Shown piece after piece: positions 11,710 through 23,849 of a stretch of 64,000 nucleotides of DNA. Both the position numbers and the translations under genes were made by a program. Position 1 is the stretch's first letter. Each line of letters opens with the position of its first letter. This DNA is from Octopus vulgaris (taxonomy: Eukaryota): the NCBI GenBank assembly GCA_951406725.2, contig OX597819.1:134602001-134666000 (forward strand), given 5' to 3'. The notes under the pieces were generated by a model. The model ran no database searches, was not told where the DNA came from, and was given only the letters and a program-made list of their open reading frames with translations.

Positions 11710-12760
11710 TCACAGTTCTCTGGACTGACCCCAGAGCTATACAGTTGCTATATAGATGACTGTATAGGAACCACCTCCCTCTCCCATGACCAGTTTCCCA
11801 ATTTCATCTCTTTTGTTTCTAACTTCTGCCCTTCTTTCAAATTTACCTCTACCATCTCTCTGATACTTCTGCAAACTTCCCGGATATCTCTTTCTCCATT
11901 GATCTCCCCATCGACTCTCTCACTACCTCCGCCTTCTTCAAACCCCCAGACTCCTACCTCTACCTCAAGTTTTCCTCTTCCCATCCCGCCCAAACCAAAC
12001 GAGCCAACCCTGCTCCCAGTTCCTCCGCCTCTGATACCTGTGCAACCAGACCAGGATTTTGAGACTCAGTCCCAATACCTGGCCCTCTTGTTCATGCGTC
12101 ATAGATACCCATCCACCCTTGTTCAAACTGCCCTTACCCGCACTCATCAAATCATTCGTACTACTGCCCTCTCTCCTTCCCTACACCAATCCCCCAACCA
12201 CATCCCCATCTCCCTCCCTTTCCTCCCATCCCCTTCATCGGAAGATCCTGCAGGTTTCCTGTCGCTTCCAGCTAGATCCCACCACCCTCCCTATTTTCCC
12301 TAACTCACCCTTGCCCTCCTCCAAATGTGCCCGTAACCTATGCAATTTACTGGTCCATAGCACGTTCCCCCCTCCTAGGTCCTTCCCTTGTTCTACCTGT
12401 CCTTTCATCCCCAACACCACCTCCCTCACTGGATCCAACCAGCCCCACCCTCTACACTAGGAACTCCTTCTCCTGCACTTCTTCAAGCCTCATCCACTGC
12501 ATCAGGTGCAGTCTCTGCAACAAACTTTCAGTCGGTCAGATGGGCCACCAGAGAGCTGACCCATTCACCAAACACCTACGAAAAGTTTGTCTCCGTTGCC
12601 CATCACTTTCACCTGACCAACTACTTCATTTCAAACTTCACTATCTCCGGCCTTGCCCTACACCATGGACTCACCAATTCTAGACTCCATCTGGAACACT
12701 GTTACATTTTCACTCTACATACTTAAACTCCTTTCTGACTCAACACAACCCCCCTCCTCT
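11710..12760 (+). mobile_element. Decayed Penelope-like element (Neptune-like): RT C-half and GIY-YIG endonuclease
   Basis: Reads YIDDCIGTT...FISFVSNFCPSFKFT, then SFSCTSSSLIHCIRCSLCNKLSVGQ...FTKHLR (corresponds to IYCIxC..C...YIG.T). Many frameshifts. Confidence 0.8.
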
Positions 12761-13030
12761 CAGTGACTTCCCCCACCCCTCTTACTCTGTCATATTTTTA
12801 TTCGTTTATTTCTTTATTTCATTATTTTTTTTGTCATAATTTTTAATTTATGTTTATTTCTGTTACTGATTTGTTCACATAATCTTTTTCATTTTTTTAT
12901 TATTACTAATTTTTAGTTTTTATTTTTCATTTTATATTTTTTATATTCCTATACCACATACCACTCACACTTGCACACACACTATCACACGCCTGCCTCA
13001 CACACACACATGCACTCCCACACATGTACA

Positions 13031-13594
13031 TGAACCAGTGTCTGTCCAAAAACTCACAGCGAAGGGTCATATCGGAGTGCCCTGCTCAGCAACTTACCTG
13101 TAGCTCGTACAGAACCTCAGCGCATCGAGGGAGTTGCTGAACCGGCCACTCATGAATTAATAGCCATTGGAGTGCTGGAAGATGTGGCAGATCTGCAGGC
13201 ATTCATTGGAAACACAGCTAGGGATCTCAGCTGTGTCCCTCCAAAAAGTGCTTCCCGCCTTGGCCGACCGGGATCTAAACCCAGGCTGATCAGGCTGTTG
13301 TTTACGGGCTTTACTGAGGCGCGGACATTCCATCTGGCTGCTGACAGAGCTCGGCGTGACAACATTATCAACTTTAGAACACGTCGTGGCCTACCACCCG
13401 ATGTACGCCCAAAGCTAAGATCCATGGCTTCCCTAAATCGCAACTCTGTGCCACGGGAGAGTTTTAGCCTCCACGATGATGGGCAGATCTGGAAATTCAT
13501 CAAGTCTGGTGAGTCGTGAATAAGGGATGCCAGTTGGACTGAGCAGACTACACCCACAACAACAACTGGCAATGCAAAAATCTTGGGAAACTAA
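13031..13594 (+). pseudogene. 5'-truncated ORF1 of CR1-type LINE (one internal TGA at 13517-13519)
   Basis: Frame contains SYRSALL and RLGRPGSKPRLIRLLF, typical of LINE ORF1 C-termini. The same frame continues past the TGA to ...KILGN*TAA at 13592-13594. Confidence 0.65.
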
Positions 13595-13656
13595 CCAAGA
13601 ACAATCAGCCATCCCCTGTATATCATCATCTGAAATCCAGATATAAACTGCTGTCC

Positions 13657-16413
13657 TTGAATGCCCGTAGTTTATGCAACAAGGTGCATCTTTTTGTCTC
13701 CTACGTCAAAAGTATCAACCCAGATTTCATCACAGTCACGGAAACGTGGGCACACTCTGCACTCTGTGATGGAGTCTTCAGCATAGCTGGCTACAACCTG
13801 TTCCGCAAAGACCGCATTAATCGCCGTGGAGGGGGTGTGATGATTTATGTTCGATCAAGTCTATCGGCAATCCCCTGTGATGATTTGAACCAATCTCAGC
13901 AGGAGGTATTTTTCTGCAATATACACATGACCATGTCAACACTTCTGCTCGGAGTCGTTTACCGTCCTCCAAATTATCGCCAAGACGCACAGCTTTTTGA
14001 TATCCTCAGAGCTGCTGCCATGAAAACAGCCACATATGTGTATATTGCGGGGGACTTCAATTTCCCTGAGATTGACTGGGAGGCCTTCCGTTGGCCGCAA
14101 AGTGCAGACGATTTCCTTGAACTGGTGCTGAATTCAAATTGGTCCCAAGTTGTTACCTCCCCCACAAGGGGTAACAACACTTTGGATCTGCTACTTACCG
14201 CTTCTCCTGAAACAATCATTAGTGTCGCTACCGAAGAACCTTTGGGTGACTCTGATCATTCCATGATCATGGCCAACTTGTCTCTGATTGGTTGTAACAA
14301 AAAACACAACCATCTTCAGACTGCCCGTTTTGACTGGAATAAAGCAAACTGGAGCTCTTATTGTACTGAGCTGCAACGCCCAAACTGGCGTGAATTTTAT
14401 GCCTCTGGAGATGTGGACACTATACTCCAGAACACTATACTGAATTCAATATGGGCAGCATGTGCAGCATCAGTACCACGCAAGCACAAAAAACCACCCA
14501 ATAGTGCAATTTGGGAGACTGCAGCAGACCGACTTGCCAGGAAAGAACGCCGTAATGCTGAATGGGAATACAAATTGCACAAATCAGAGAGCAACAGGAA
14601 AAAGCGCAATAGGTCAGCCAACCACCTCAAGCAGGTGACAAAAAAGGCAGTGCTTGAATTTGAACAACGCATTGCAGCTAACCCTGACAGCAAAGTGTTC
14701 TGGAAGTATGTGCACTCAAAGCAGAGACCCCACTCTCCTGTTGGTCCCCTTCGCAATCCCCACACAGGACAGATTACTGGCAATCCCGAAGAATGTGCAG
14801 AAATCATTGCTGGATGCTATGCCGGCATCTTTACTGTCGAAGACCAAAATGTTCCATCTTCATCACCACTGACATCGGACTCTATATCTACTATGCAATT
14901 TACACCAGCAATGCTGCAACGCCACCTAAAGAATAAACGCAATTATGCCTCTCCTGGTCTCGATGGTGTTACATACCTACTTCTCAAATGCGGTGGGTAC
15001 TTTCTTCTAAGCCAAATTTCTCTATTCTTCCAATTCTGTCTTGACAATGGTGTTACTCCAGAACAGTGGAAAACTGCCAGTGTCATCTCTCTGTTCAAAA
15101 AAGGCGACCGCACATCGCCTGTCAACTATCGCCCCATCAGTCTTACCAGCTGCATCGCCAAACTGATGGAATCCTGTATCAGAGAAACCTTCTGGAACTT
15201 CTGGAAGTCTCACAGCCTCATCCAGCCGTCACAATTCGGATTTATTCCTAACTCCAGCTGCTGTAATCAACTCATCGAGTTTCTTGAGGACGTTACCCAA
15301 ATTACTGATCGTGGATCCTGGGTGGATGTTGTTTACCTGGACTTTGCTAAGGCTTTTAACTCTGTGCCACACAAAAGACTTATGGTGAAGCTTTCTGCAT
15401 TGGGTGTAAGAGACAAACTCTATAACTGGTTAAAGTCCTTTATTTTCAGCCGAAAAGAAGTTGTCACAGTTCTAGGACAGCACTCTTCGCCCTATGAGAT
15501 GACATCTGGTGTACCACAGGGATCTGTTCTTGGCCCCCTTTTATTTGTTGCATATGTTAATGACATAGATGCCAACTTAAAGAATGCCACAGTGCTGAAA
15601 TATGCAGATGACATCAAGCTGTACCTCGAAATAAAGAGGTCAAATCCTGTACACTATAGATCTCTATTGCAAGCAGACCTGGACACAATGCAGCAGTGGA
15701 TCATGGACTGGCAACTCAAGCTGGCTGTGGACAAATGTACCACCATGCATTTTGGGAGGAGAAACCCAGCGTCCACCTACTCCCTCCACAACACTAGTCT
15801 CAAAAAGTCTTCATGTGAACGTGACCTGGGTGTTATTGTCGACAGTGATTTGCGTTGGACAAAATACATCGCTAAAATTGTCAAGAAAGCTGAGGGTGTC
15901 TTGGCATCACTCACCAAATCCTTTGTGAGCCGCTCTCCGGCTATCTATCTGCGGCTTTATATAGCTATGGTAAGACCTCACCTGGAATTTGCATCACCGG
16001 TCTGGAACCCCTATCTTGCCCAGGACATCAATCGTCTGGAAGCTGTTCAGCGACGTGCAACCAAAAGAATACCCTCCATCAGGCATTTGCCATATCCTGA
16101 ACGCCTTACTTCCCTGGGCATGGACACATTGAAACTCCGACGTCTGGCAGCTGACTTGGCAGACACCCATAAAATTATCAACCATCTTACAAACAATAAC
16201 TCTGAGCACCTCTTCAAACTCCACCCATCTAACACCCATGGACATATTTACAAAGTAAGAAAACAGCACAGCTCCCATGACTTCAGGAAACATTTTTTCA
16301 CGCTGAGAGTTGCTGAAGCATGGAACAAACTGCCGGCGTCGGTTGTTAGTTGTCGGAGCACTGCATCCTTCAAGGCTTCCATGCTTCCTGAGATTCGCCA
16401 ACACTACACCTGA
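13657..16413 (+). CDS. Intact ORF2 of CR1-type LINE (APE endonuclease + reverse transcriptase)
   Basis: 918 aa without stops. APE motifs NARS, TETW, VYRPP, GDFN, TLDL, SDH. RT motifs YRPISLTS, QFGF, LDFAKAF, GVPQGSVLGP, YADD, RDLGV. CR1-type C-terminus FFTLRVAEAWNKLP. The frame is open from 13543; the listed start is TTG. Confidence 0.95.
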   Translation: MNARSLCNKVHLFVSYVKSINPDFITVTETWAHSALCDGVFSIAGYNLFRKDRINRRGGGVMIYVRSSLSAIPCDDLNQSQQEVFFCNIHMTMSTLLLGVVYRPPNYRQDAQLFDILRAAAMKTATYVYIAGDFNFPEIDWEAFRWPQSADDFLELVLNSNWSQVVTSPTRGNNTLDLLLTASPETIISVATEEPLGDSDHSMIMANLSLIGCNKKHNHLQTARFDWNKANWSSYCTELQRPNWREFYASGDVDTILQNTILNSIWAACAASVPRKHKKPPNSAIWETAADRLARKERRNAEWEYKLHKSESNRKKRNRSANHLKQVTKKAVLEFEQRIAANPDSKVFWKYVHSKQRPHSPVGPLRNPHTGQITGNPEECAEIIAGCYAGIFTVEDQNVPSSSPLTSDSISTMQFTPAMLQRHLKNKRNYASPGLDGVTYLLLKCGGYFLLSQISLFFQFCLDNGVTPEQWKTASVISLFKKGDRTSPVNYRPISLTSCIAKLMESCIRETFWNFWKSHSLIQPSQFGFIPNSSCCNQLIEFLEDVTQITDRGSWVDVVYLDFAKAFNSVPHKRLMVKLSALGVRDKLYNWLKSFIFSRKEVVTVLGQHSSPYEMTSGVPQGSVLGPLLFVAYVNDIDANLKNATVLKYADDIKLYLEIKRSNPVHYRSLLQADLDTMQQWIMDWQLKLAVDKCTTMHFGRRNPASTYSLHNTSLKKSSCERDLGVIVDSDLRWTKYIAKIVKKAEGVLASLTKSFVSRSPAIYLRLYIAMVRPHLEFASPVWNPYLAQDINRLEAVQRRATKRIPSIRHLPYPERLTSLGMDTLKLRRLAADLADTHKIINHLTNNNSEHLFKLHPSNTHGHIYKVRKQHSSHDFRKHFFTLRVAEAWNKLPASVVSCRSTASFKASMLPEIRQHYT

Positions 16414-16979
16414 TTATCTCCCCTCCATACACACACAAGCATGTATCTGACTCATACATTGTTCGCTTTCCAGACATTTCTACATTACTGCATGTACTTT
16501 ATATGCACTCTCTGACAAGTTGTGGTGCACCTGAGCACTGTGTACAATAATTTCATTATATTATATATTATGAACACATGCACACACACACACACACACA
16601 TGCACGTATACACATTCCCACTCCATCTGTGTACACATGCCAACACATATGCATACACAACCACACCCACCCAGTGACACACATTTCAAACAACGCACCC
16701 ACACACATCCCCATCTCATCCTTCTTTTCTTTTCATGTATGCACACACGAACATGCGCATGAATGCACATATACCTCCACCCCAGCAACCCTCCATGCAC
16801 AACACATACACACAACACACACGCACATGTAGACATATACACACAGGTACATACATTTCCACACTTGCTCACGTGTACATAGACACACACACATCCTCCC
16901 ACAAACACACACACATATATATATATATATACAGAGAGAGATAGACAGACAGACACACCGACCCATTCACCCACCCTTC

Positions 16980-17690
16980 ATACATTCTTCAGACTACTTC
17001 TCACCCACCCTTCACACTGCATCTGACTCACTCTTGACTCTTCCATTTCTGCAGCACATTGTTACAGGTGATGACAAAAGGGTTTTGCTTCACAACAGAA
17101 AATGAAAAAGACAATGGTTATCAGGTAATGAGAGGCAAAACTGGAATTCCATCCACAGAAATCATTGCTCTGTGTTGGTGGGACATGAATGGTATCATCC
17201 GTTACAAGCCACTGGAACATGGAAGGACCATCAAGGCAGATGTCTATTATCAACAACTTGATTGTGTAAATGAAAAATTACATTGAAAGTGACCAGCTTT
17301 GGTAAACATGAAAGATGTTACCATGGCAATGCATGGCCGCACTCTTCAAAACAAACCCAAGGAAAAATAAAATCGTTTGCATGAGAGTTCTTCCAAATCC
17401 TCCACACTCACCTAACTTAACAGATTTCCATCTGTTCTCTGTTCTAGTCACTGGAACATTTTATAAGAGGAGATGAAACATTCAGAAGCAGAGAGGAAGT
17501 TAGAAATAGTCTTTCAAATTTTTTCTTACAGGAAAAGAAATCAGTTTCTTTGAAAATGGCATAAAAAGTGACTTTCCAGTCAGGATGTGGTCATCGGAAC
17601 CAATGCGGATTGCATTCTTGATTAAAACTATTCGGATAAACTTTTATATCCTTTCTGGTAAAACACAATTACTTTCTGAACACCCTAATA
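16980..17690 (+). mobile_element. Decayed mariner transposase remnant with 3' TIR
   Basis: LCWWDMNGII.Y..LE.G.TI.ADVYYQQLD motif, degenerate LPxPP.SP(D)L region, end ttactttctgaacaccctaata. Confidence 0.75.
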
Positions 17691-17892
17691 TAAATAATGC
17701 TAGATTCTTTGTTAGAAGTTGAAGGAAAATGATTTGTTTGAATAAGGGACATAAAAAGAACAGGGGACAAAAAAAAAAAAAGAAAAGTAGATTTGTGAAT
17801 CAGTGACTGAAGTCTGAGGGGACAAAATCTTATTCAATTAGTTGAATTAGCTTTTTTGAATTTGCGAAAAGGGTGCAGCAACACAAGCTCAT

Positions 17893-18895
17893 AGGTGTGA
17901 GATGGAACATCCTCTATAGTGGAACCATATCCCATAGCTGTGAGTGGGAGCATTCCATAGATGTAAATGGGACCAACCTATGGATATGAATGGGACTCTT
18001 CTACAGATGTGAGTGTGACAATCCCATGGATGTGAGTGGGACCATTCTATGGATGTGAACATGAATAACCCTTAGATGTGTGAACATCTGATAGGTGTGA
18101 GTGGGACCATCTCACAGATGTGAGTGGAAGCATCCCATACGTGTGTAAGTTGGATCATCTCATTGATGTGGATGAGACCATTCCACAATTTGAGTGTCAC
18201 CATGCCATAAGTGTGAGTGGGACCATTCAACAGATGTGAGTGTGATCATCTCATAGATGTTTGTAGGGTCATCCCTTAGATGTCATTTGGACCTTGCAAT
18301 AGATGTGGGTGTGAGTGAGACTATTGTATAATAGCTACAGGTTTGATCATCCCATAGGTGTGGGTGGGACCATTCAAGAGACATTATTGTGCTCATTCCA
18401 TTGGTGTGGGTTGGATCGTTCCATAAATGTGAGTGTGACTATCACATAGATGTAAGAGAATCTCAGAGATATGAGTGTGACGATCCCATGTGAGTTAAAC
18501 AATTCCATAGATACTAGCGTGATCATCTAATATGGGTGGCTGGGAAGGGGTGGCGAGCTGGCAGGAACATTAGCATGTTGGACGAAATGCTTAGCGGTAT
18601 TTTGTGAGTTCAAATTCTGCCGAGGTTGACTTTGCCTTTCTTGCTTTCGAGGTCAATAAATTAAGTACCAGTTGTGTACTGGGGTCAATCCGATCGACTG
18701 GCCTCCTCCTCCAAAATTTCAGGCCTTGTGCCTAGAGTTGAAAAGAGTATTTGTGGCTGGAGGTCATCCCATAAGTTTGAATAGGACCAGAGGCATGAGT
18801 GGCACTGTCTCATATGTATGAATTGGCACATTTCATAGATGTGAGTGTGACCACCCCATTGATGGAAATGGAGCAATTCCACTGATGTGAGTTGG
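17893..18895. repeat. Degenerate 23-bp tandem array (consensus about GATGTGAGTGGGACCATCCCATA), roughly 30+ units, split by a SINE
   Basis: Adjacent units such as gatgtgagtgtgacaatcccatg / gatgtgagtgggaccattctatg show a 23-nt period on both sides of the SINE. Confidence 0.85.
18545..18752 (+). mobile_element. SINE (family C)
   Basis: ggcgagctggcag head, gagttcaaattc B box, gactttgccttt...gtcaataaattaagtaccag body. Possible TSD gtggctgg (18536-18543 / 18753-18760). Related fragments near 21182-21340 and 26000-26110. Confidence 0.75.
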
Positions 18896-19851
18896 GCTCC
18901 AAGAGTTACCAGTTAAATATATCTATACTGTTTTGTGGTCCTTCATTAATTAGTATTTTAAGAGATAATTAAATAACTGAGCTGTGTGTGTAGTCTGCAA
19001 GAGAATAGAAGGAAATGCATTGAGCGTTAGGGTAATCGTGTTTTGGGAGAAAGGGCTCAGCCAGCCAAGGAATTGTGGTTTGCAAGATAGATTTAAGTTT
19101 AAAAGGGTTTAAGTGAAGGGAAGATGGATTGAGAGTAAAAGAGATGATAGTTATTAAATATACTGTTATATCTTTGTTCATTGCCTGATCACATGACTCG
19201 ACAACCTGGGCTGATTTCCTTGACAAGTGGTTTGGTGCTTGTCATAGAATTTTTGTGGGAGAATAGAAAATTGTAGATTAGTATAGACAAGCTGTACACC
19301 CCTTATCTCTATGTTAAATGATGACAGCCATACTGAAAGTCTAAAATGTTAGTCAAAGAAACTGTCTGCATTGTGAGACAGCTGAAGAACTACAATATCT
19401 CCCAATTGCTGTTAAAACGGGTCTTTCAATATTTGATTTCTGTTAGTATGAGATCCGTTTGTGTTGTTGCTCAATATTCTTGACCAACTGCAATTCTATT
19501 GCATACGAAAACTGCTTTTTTTAAAACACATTATGATAAATAGAGATCCATGTGAGAGTTGAGTTGAAATTTTAATTTAGAAATCATTGAATATTTTAAA
19601 ATATTGAAGTATTTGGGAAGGCCCAAGAATACAATGTTGATTAATTTTCTAGTAAAATACTACTCTGCACAAAATTTGTTAAAGCCATGTGCTGTATTGG
19701 TTTGTGAGTTGGTTTTTATGTCATCTTGTGGTTCTGATAATTAAGAGATTGTGTTTATAGACAAGAATGAAAATACTCTGATGTAGAAAGTATATTTATA
19801 TTATATTGAAAAATATTTCTGTAAGGATGTAGGTAATACTTTAAGAGTTAT

Positions 19852-20040
19852 CATCATCATCATCATTGTTTAGCGTCCGCTTTCCATGCTAGCATGGGTT
19901 GGACGGTTCAACTGGGGTCTGGGAAGCCAGAAGGCTGCACCAGGTCCAGTCTGATCTGGCAATGTTTCTACGGCTGGATGCCCATCCTAACGCCAACTAC
20001 TCTGTGAGTGTAGTGGGTGCTTTTTACGTGCCCCCGGCAG
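19852..20040 (-). mobile_element. RTE LINE extreme 3' end
   Basis: (CAT)n tail followed by the reverse complement of the conserved RTE 3' UTR block. Confidence 0.85.
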
Positions 20041-21935
20041 CATTTGTTATTAAATAACAGAAAATAAGCAGATAACCAAAAGAATGGTGGAGGGATGTCC
20101 ACTTTAAAATACAAGGATAATTTATTTTTGTGGAACAGGTATTTTCAGTGCTACGTTATTTAAGGGCCAATAAGAGATGGGATCCCATTTCACAGAACAA
20201 AAGTGACATAGTTCTGGGTGGAACCTGAGTTGGTGCTAGTCTGACGTTCAAATTGCTAGCTTTTTGTTACATTGGGCAAAACTTTCTAGAACATTTGAAT
20301 AACAATTTAGCAAGAAGTTGAAATGACTTTTTTTTCATGTTCATCACTGTTAGTTGATACTTGTTAGTTGGTTGGGCAGAAACATTTATGTAAGCAATCC
20401 ATTCTCTCAAGTTGTTGGTCATAGTTTTTAAGGCGATAAGGTCAGAAATTTTGTTGGTTTTTTTTTTTCTTTTTTGGATATCCACTTCAATGTCACACCT
20501 GTTGTTGACGCTGCTACTATGGCTGCTGCTGCTGTTTGTTTTTAAAGAGGTTATTGTCAACATGGAGAAAATTTTCATGAAGTCTCTAACGAAAACATGC
20601 TACGTAATACTAAACAAAGAATATCAAATGACAGATAAATGATAAGCTGATCGTTTGGTATACATTACTGCAGCCACAGCTTTGATAGCCTACTTTTCAC
20701 TGTGGTTAACCTATTTCTATTTTCATTTTGTAGAAATATTTAGAGAATTTCTGAATAAAAATTTAAATTTTTATCCATTCTATTTATATTGTAGCAAATA
20801 ACAGCTTATGCTCATTATATTGTAGTAGTGGTGGTAGGTGGTGGTGGTGGCGGCGGCGGCGGTGGTGGTGGTGGTGGTGGTGGTGGTGGTGGTGGTGGTG
20901 GTGTCAACAATAGGTGACATTGAAGTGGATATCTAGAAAAACCAACAGAAATGATTTAACTTCTTATATTGGTGAGACAGCAATTAGGTTGGTTGTGCAT
21001 TGTCCAGAGTAAAAGTGAGTTGTTGTGAAGAATGAAGAAGAGAATGAAAGTCAATAAAACTGAGAAGGAGTTTGAAGAACTAATTCTATGTCGGCAGCTT
21101 TGTAGAGGGTCCTTAAAAGACATTTAATGTAAGTTTCAGGAAGCAAAACAGACAGGTACCACAGTTGTGATTTAATTAAAGATGGAGTAGGCAGCTGGAG
21201 TAGAGTTTGTTATAGTAATTAAACACTGCTGTATTTAATTACATCACTTTCTGCTCTGAGTTCAAATCCTGAAGTGGTCAACTTTGTTTTTCATTCCTCT
21301 TGGGTCAATAAAAGAAGCACTATTTAAATACTGCCTCGTTTTCCTTTCCGTACAAATTCGCGACATTTTATGTTCATGAAGAAAATCCCTACCCTCATTT
21401 TCTTTACTCACACCTTCAATTAACCTTTTCATTTATTGTGGGTTTTCTTTCTCTTTGTGTGTGTGTGTGTGTGTGTGTTGTCTTCCCTTATCTCTTTTTT
21501 TTTTTAGTAACAGTGAAAACCTGCCATTTACTTTTGCAAAGAGACCCATTTTAGAATCTGAGTGCTTTCTTCAGAGCAGCTAAACTGAGCACCAAAGACT
21601 TTATTTGGTCCTGAAAAGGAAATGACCAGCCTACATAGAGAGACTCTCTGACTTCTGTAAGCCATCTGTAGACTCACAATTCTATTCTCACCACCCTCAC
21701 ACACTTTGGTTCATTTTGTGGAATGGTTGTTTAATCCCTGATCAACTTTCAATAAATTGAACTATAATCAAAAATATTCAAATAATAATTATCCTCTCTT
21801 TTTCTTTGTTCAGTTGTTTTTAGAATTACTTTATCCAATAAGTCCTTCATTTTTTAATAAGGTACAATGTGATCTGAGTAAGATTTGGCTGTTATTTCTA
21901 GTAGGTTGAGTGATCACATAGAGGCTTTCTTAGTA

Positions 21936-22340
21936 CTCTTTTACTTGTATCAGTCCTTTGGCTGTGGCCATGCTGGAGCACCGTCTTTAGTCGAGCAAAT
22001 CGACCCCAGGACTTATTCTTTGTAAGCATAGTACTTATTCTATCGGTCTCTTTTGCTGGACCACTAAGGTATGGGGATGTAAACACACTATCATCGGTTG
22101 TCAAGTGATGTTGGGGGGGACAAACACAGACACACAAACATATACAAGCACATACACACACATACATATATATATATATATACGACGGGCTTCTTTCAGT
22201 TTCCGTCTACCAAATCCACTTACAAGGCTTTGGTTGGCCTGAGGCTATAGTAGAAGACACTCAAAGTGCCACACAGTGGGACAGAACCCAGAACCATGTG
22301 GTTGGGAAGCAAGCTTCTTACCACACAGCCACTCCTGACT
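21936..22340 (-). mobile_element. tRNA-derived SINE (family D) with internal microsatellite
   Basis: Reverse complement of the element at 31507-31915. Partial plus-strand copy at 22370-22555. Confidence 0.85.
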
Positions 22341-23621
22341 ACTACAGAAAGATACACATATATTTATAAGTGTGTCTCTCTGTGTTTGTCCTCCACAACT
22401 GCTTGACAACCAGTGTTGGTGTGTTTACATCCCCATAACTTAGCAGTTCAGCAAAAGAGATCGATAGAATTTGTTCAACTAAAATTCTTGAAGTTAGTGC
22501 CCCAGCATGACCACAGTCTCATGACTAAAACAAGTAAATGAAAAAAGATAAAAGGTTGCAGAGCAGTGAAGAAGCGAAGTGCAAAGGGAAAAGAAAAAGC
22601 ACAGAAAAGTTATTTAATTAAAACATTTAATTAAAATATTTAATTAGAATAATATTCAACCATGAACTGCAGAAGAATGAGTTTACAAGAAGGCAAATCA
22701 AACTGCGACCATTTAAAGGTTGTCCCCAAATTCCTTATTGCCCAAGAAAGAATGTTCTTTTGCTACATCAGGAATGACTGCATTGTAATTGTGGAACCCC
22801 AAAATAGCGAAGAACATTGCCGACGCCTGTTGGAATATTCACTCCAGCTCAAAGAAAGTTATTGTATGGCTTCTCTGTTGTCAAATTAGCATCGTTTATA
22901 AAGGATAAAGTATTGAAGTGTATGATTCCTGTTCCTTTTGCTTCCAGAGGTTTGACATTTCATGAAGAATCAAACTAATGTGAAGAACTAATGGGACAAA
23001 AGGCATTTTGTACAATTCTAAAATAAATATAAAGTTGTAAATATTATTCAATAAAAGTCTTTTCCAACTCCAAACATGTGACAAATAGATTCTGTAACAT
23101 TTCCGTGGGTGGAAGTGAGTCAGTGAAGAATTTAGCAGCAGGCAGGATCGCACAGTTATTCTACAATAACAGCATTCCACTATCAAACTGCTGTGTCCAG
23201 TCTTATGCCTAACCATTAAATGCCAGTGAATACGATATGGTAGCTCATACTCCTTCCCTAATTGTTTTAGGGGCCTGTATTGCCATGAGTAGATATACTC
23301 TCTTGGGCCTTCCACTCTTGGCCCAGAGGAACATAAAGGATGTGATAGCAGGAGAAAAAGCTGCACCAGCAGATTGAATCAATATGAAATGGTGTACCTT
23401 GCTCAAGGGTGCAATGCTCTGCTCAGTTAAGCAATCAAATCCATTACATTAGGATAATGAGTCCAATACCTTAAGCACTAATATTAAGATAATGCCTCAC
23501 CTTCAGTGTCAAGATGCTACACTAGACTACAAGCAGGGGTTTGTGAAGTAAATGGATTTTTCTAAATATATTTCTTTTGCTGGAGACCGTCTGAACTTGG
23601 TAGAAGTTGAGGCTGCAGAAA

Positions 23622-23653
<32 letters not shown>

Positions 23654-23849
23654 GTATTTGAGTTTTTGAGAAGATCCATGTTTGGTTTGACAATTTAATG
23701 TCTGATATTTTGCTAATGGTTCTGAACGAGCTTCAATGGTTTGCATCCATTGGATGTTGGATCAATGTATGGATTTCCAGAGGATTTAGTTGTTACTTAA
23801 GCAGTTAATTGTTTAGTTTTTTTTTGGGGGGGGGGGGGTTGGACGTGTT

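Larger units (their letters stand above)
13031..16560 (+). mobile_element. CR1-type LINE, 5'-truncated, inserted in CA-rich sequence
   Basis: ORF1 remnant plus ORF2 plus 3' UTR (gtggtgcacctgagcactgt..acaat) shared with the copy at 42143-43262. Confidence 0.92.

Noticed and set aside
22896-23366. 156-aa minus ORF
   Set aside because: No motifs, atypical composition, non-ATG start; likely a chance ORF.
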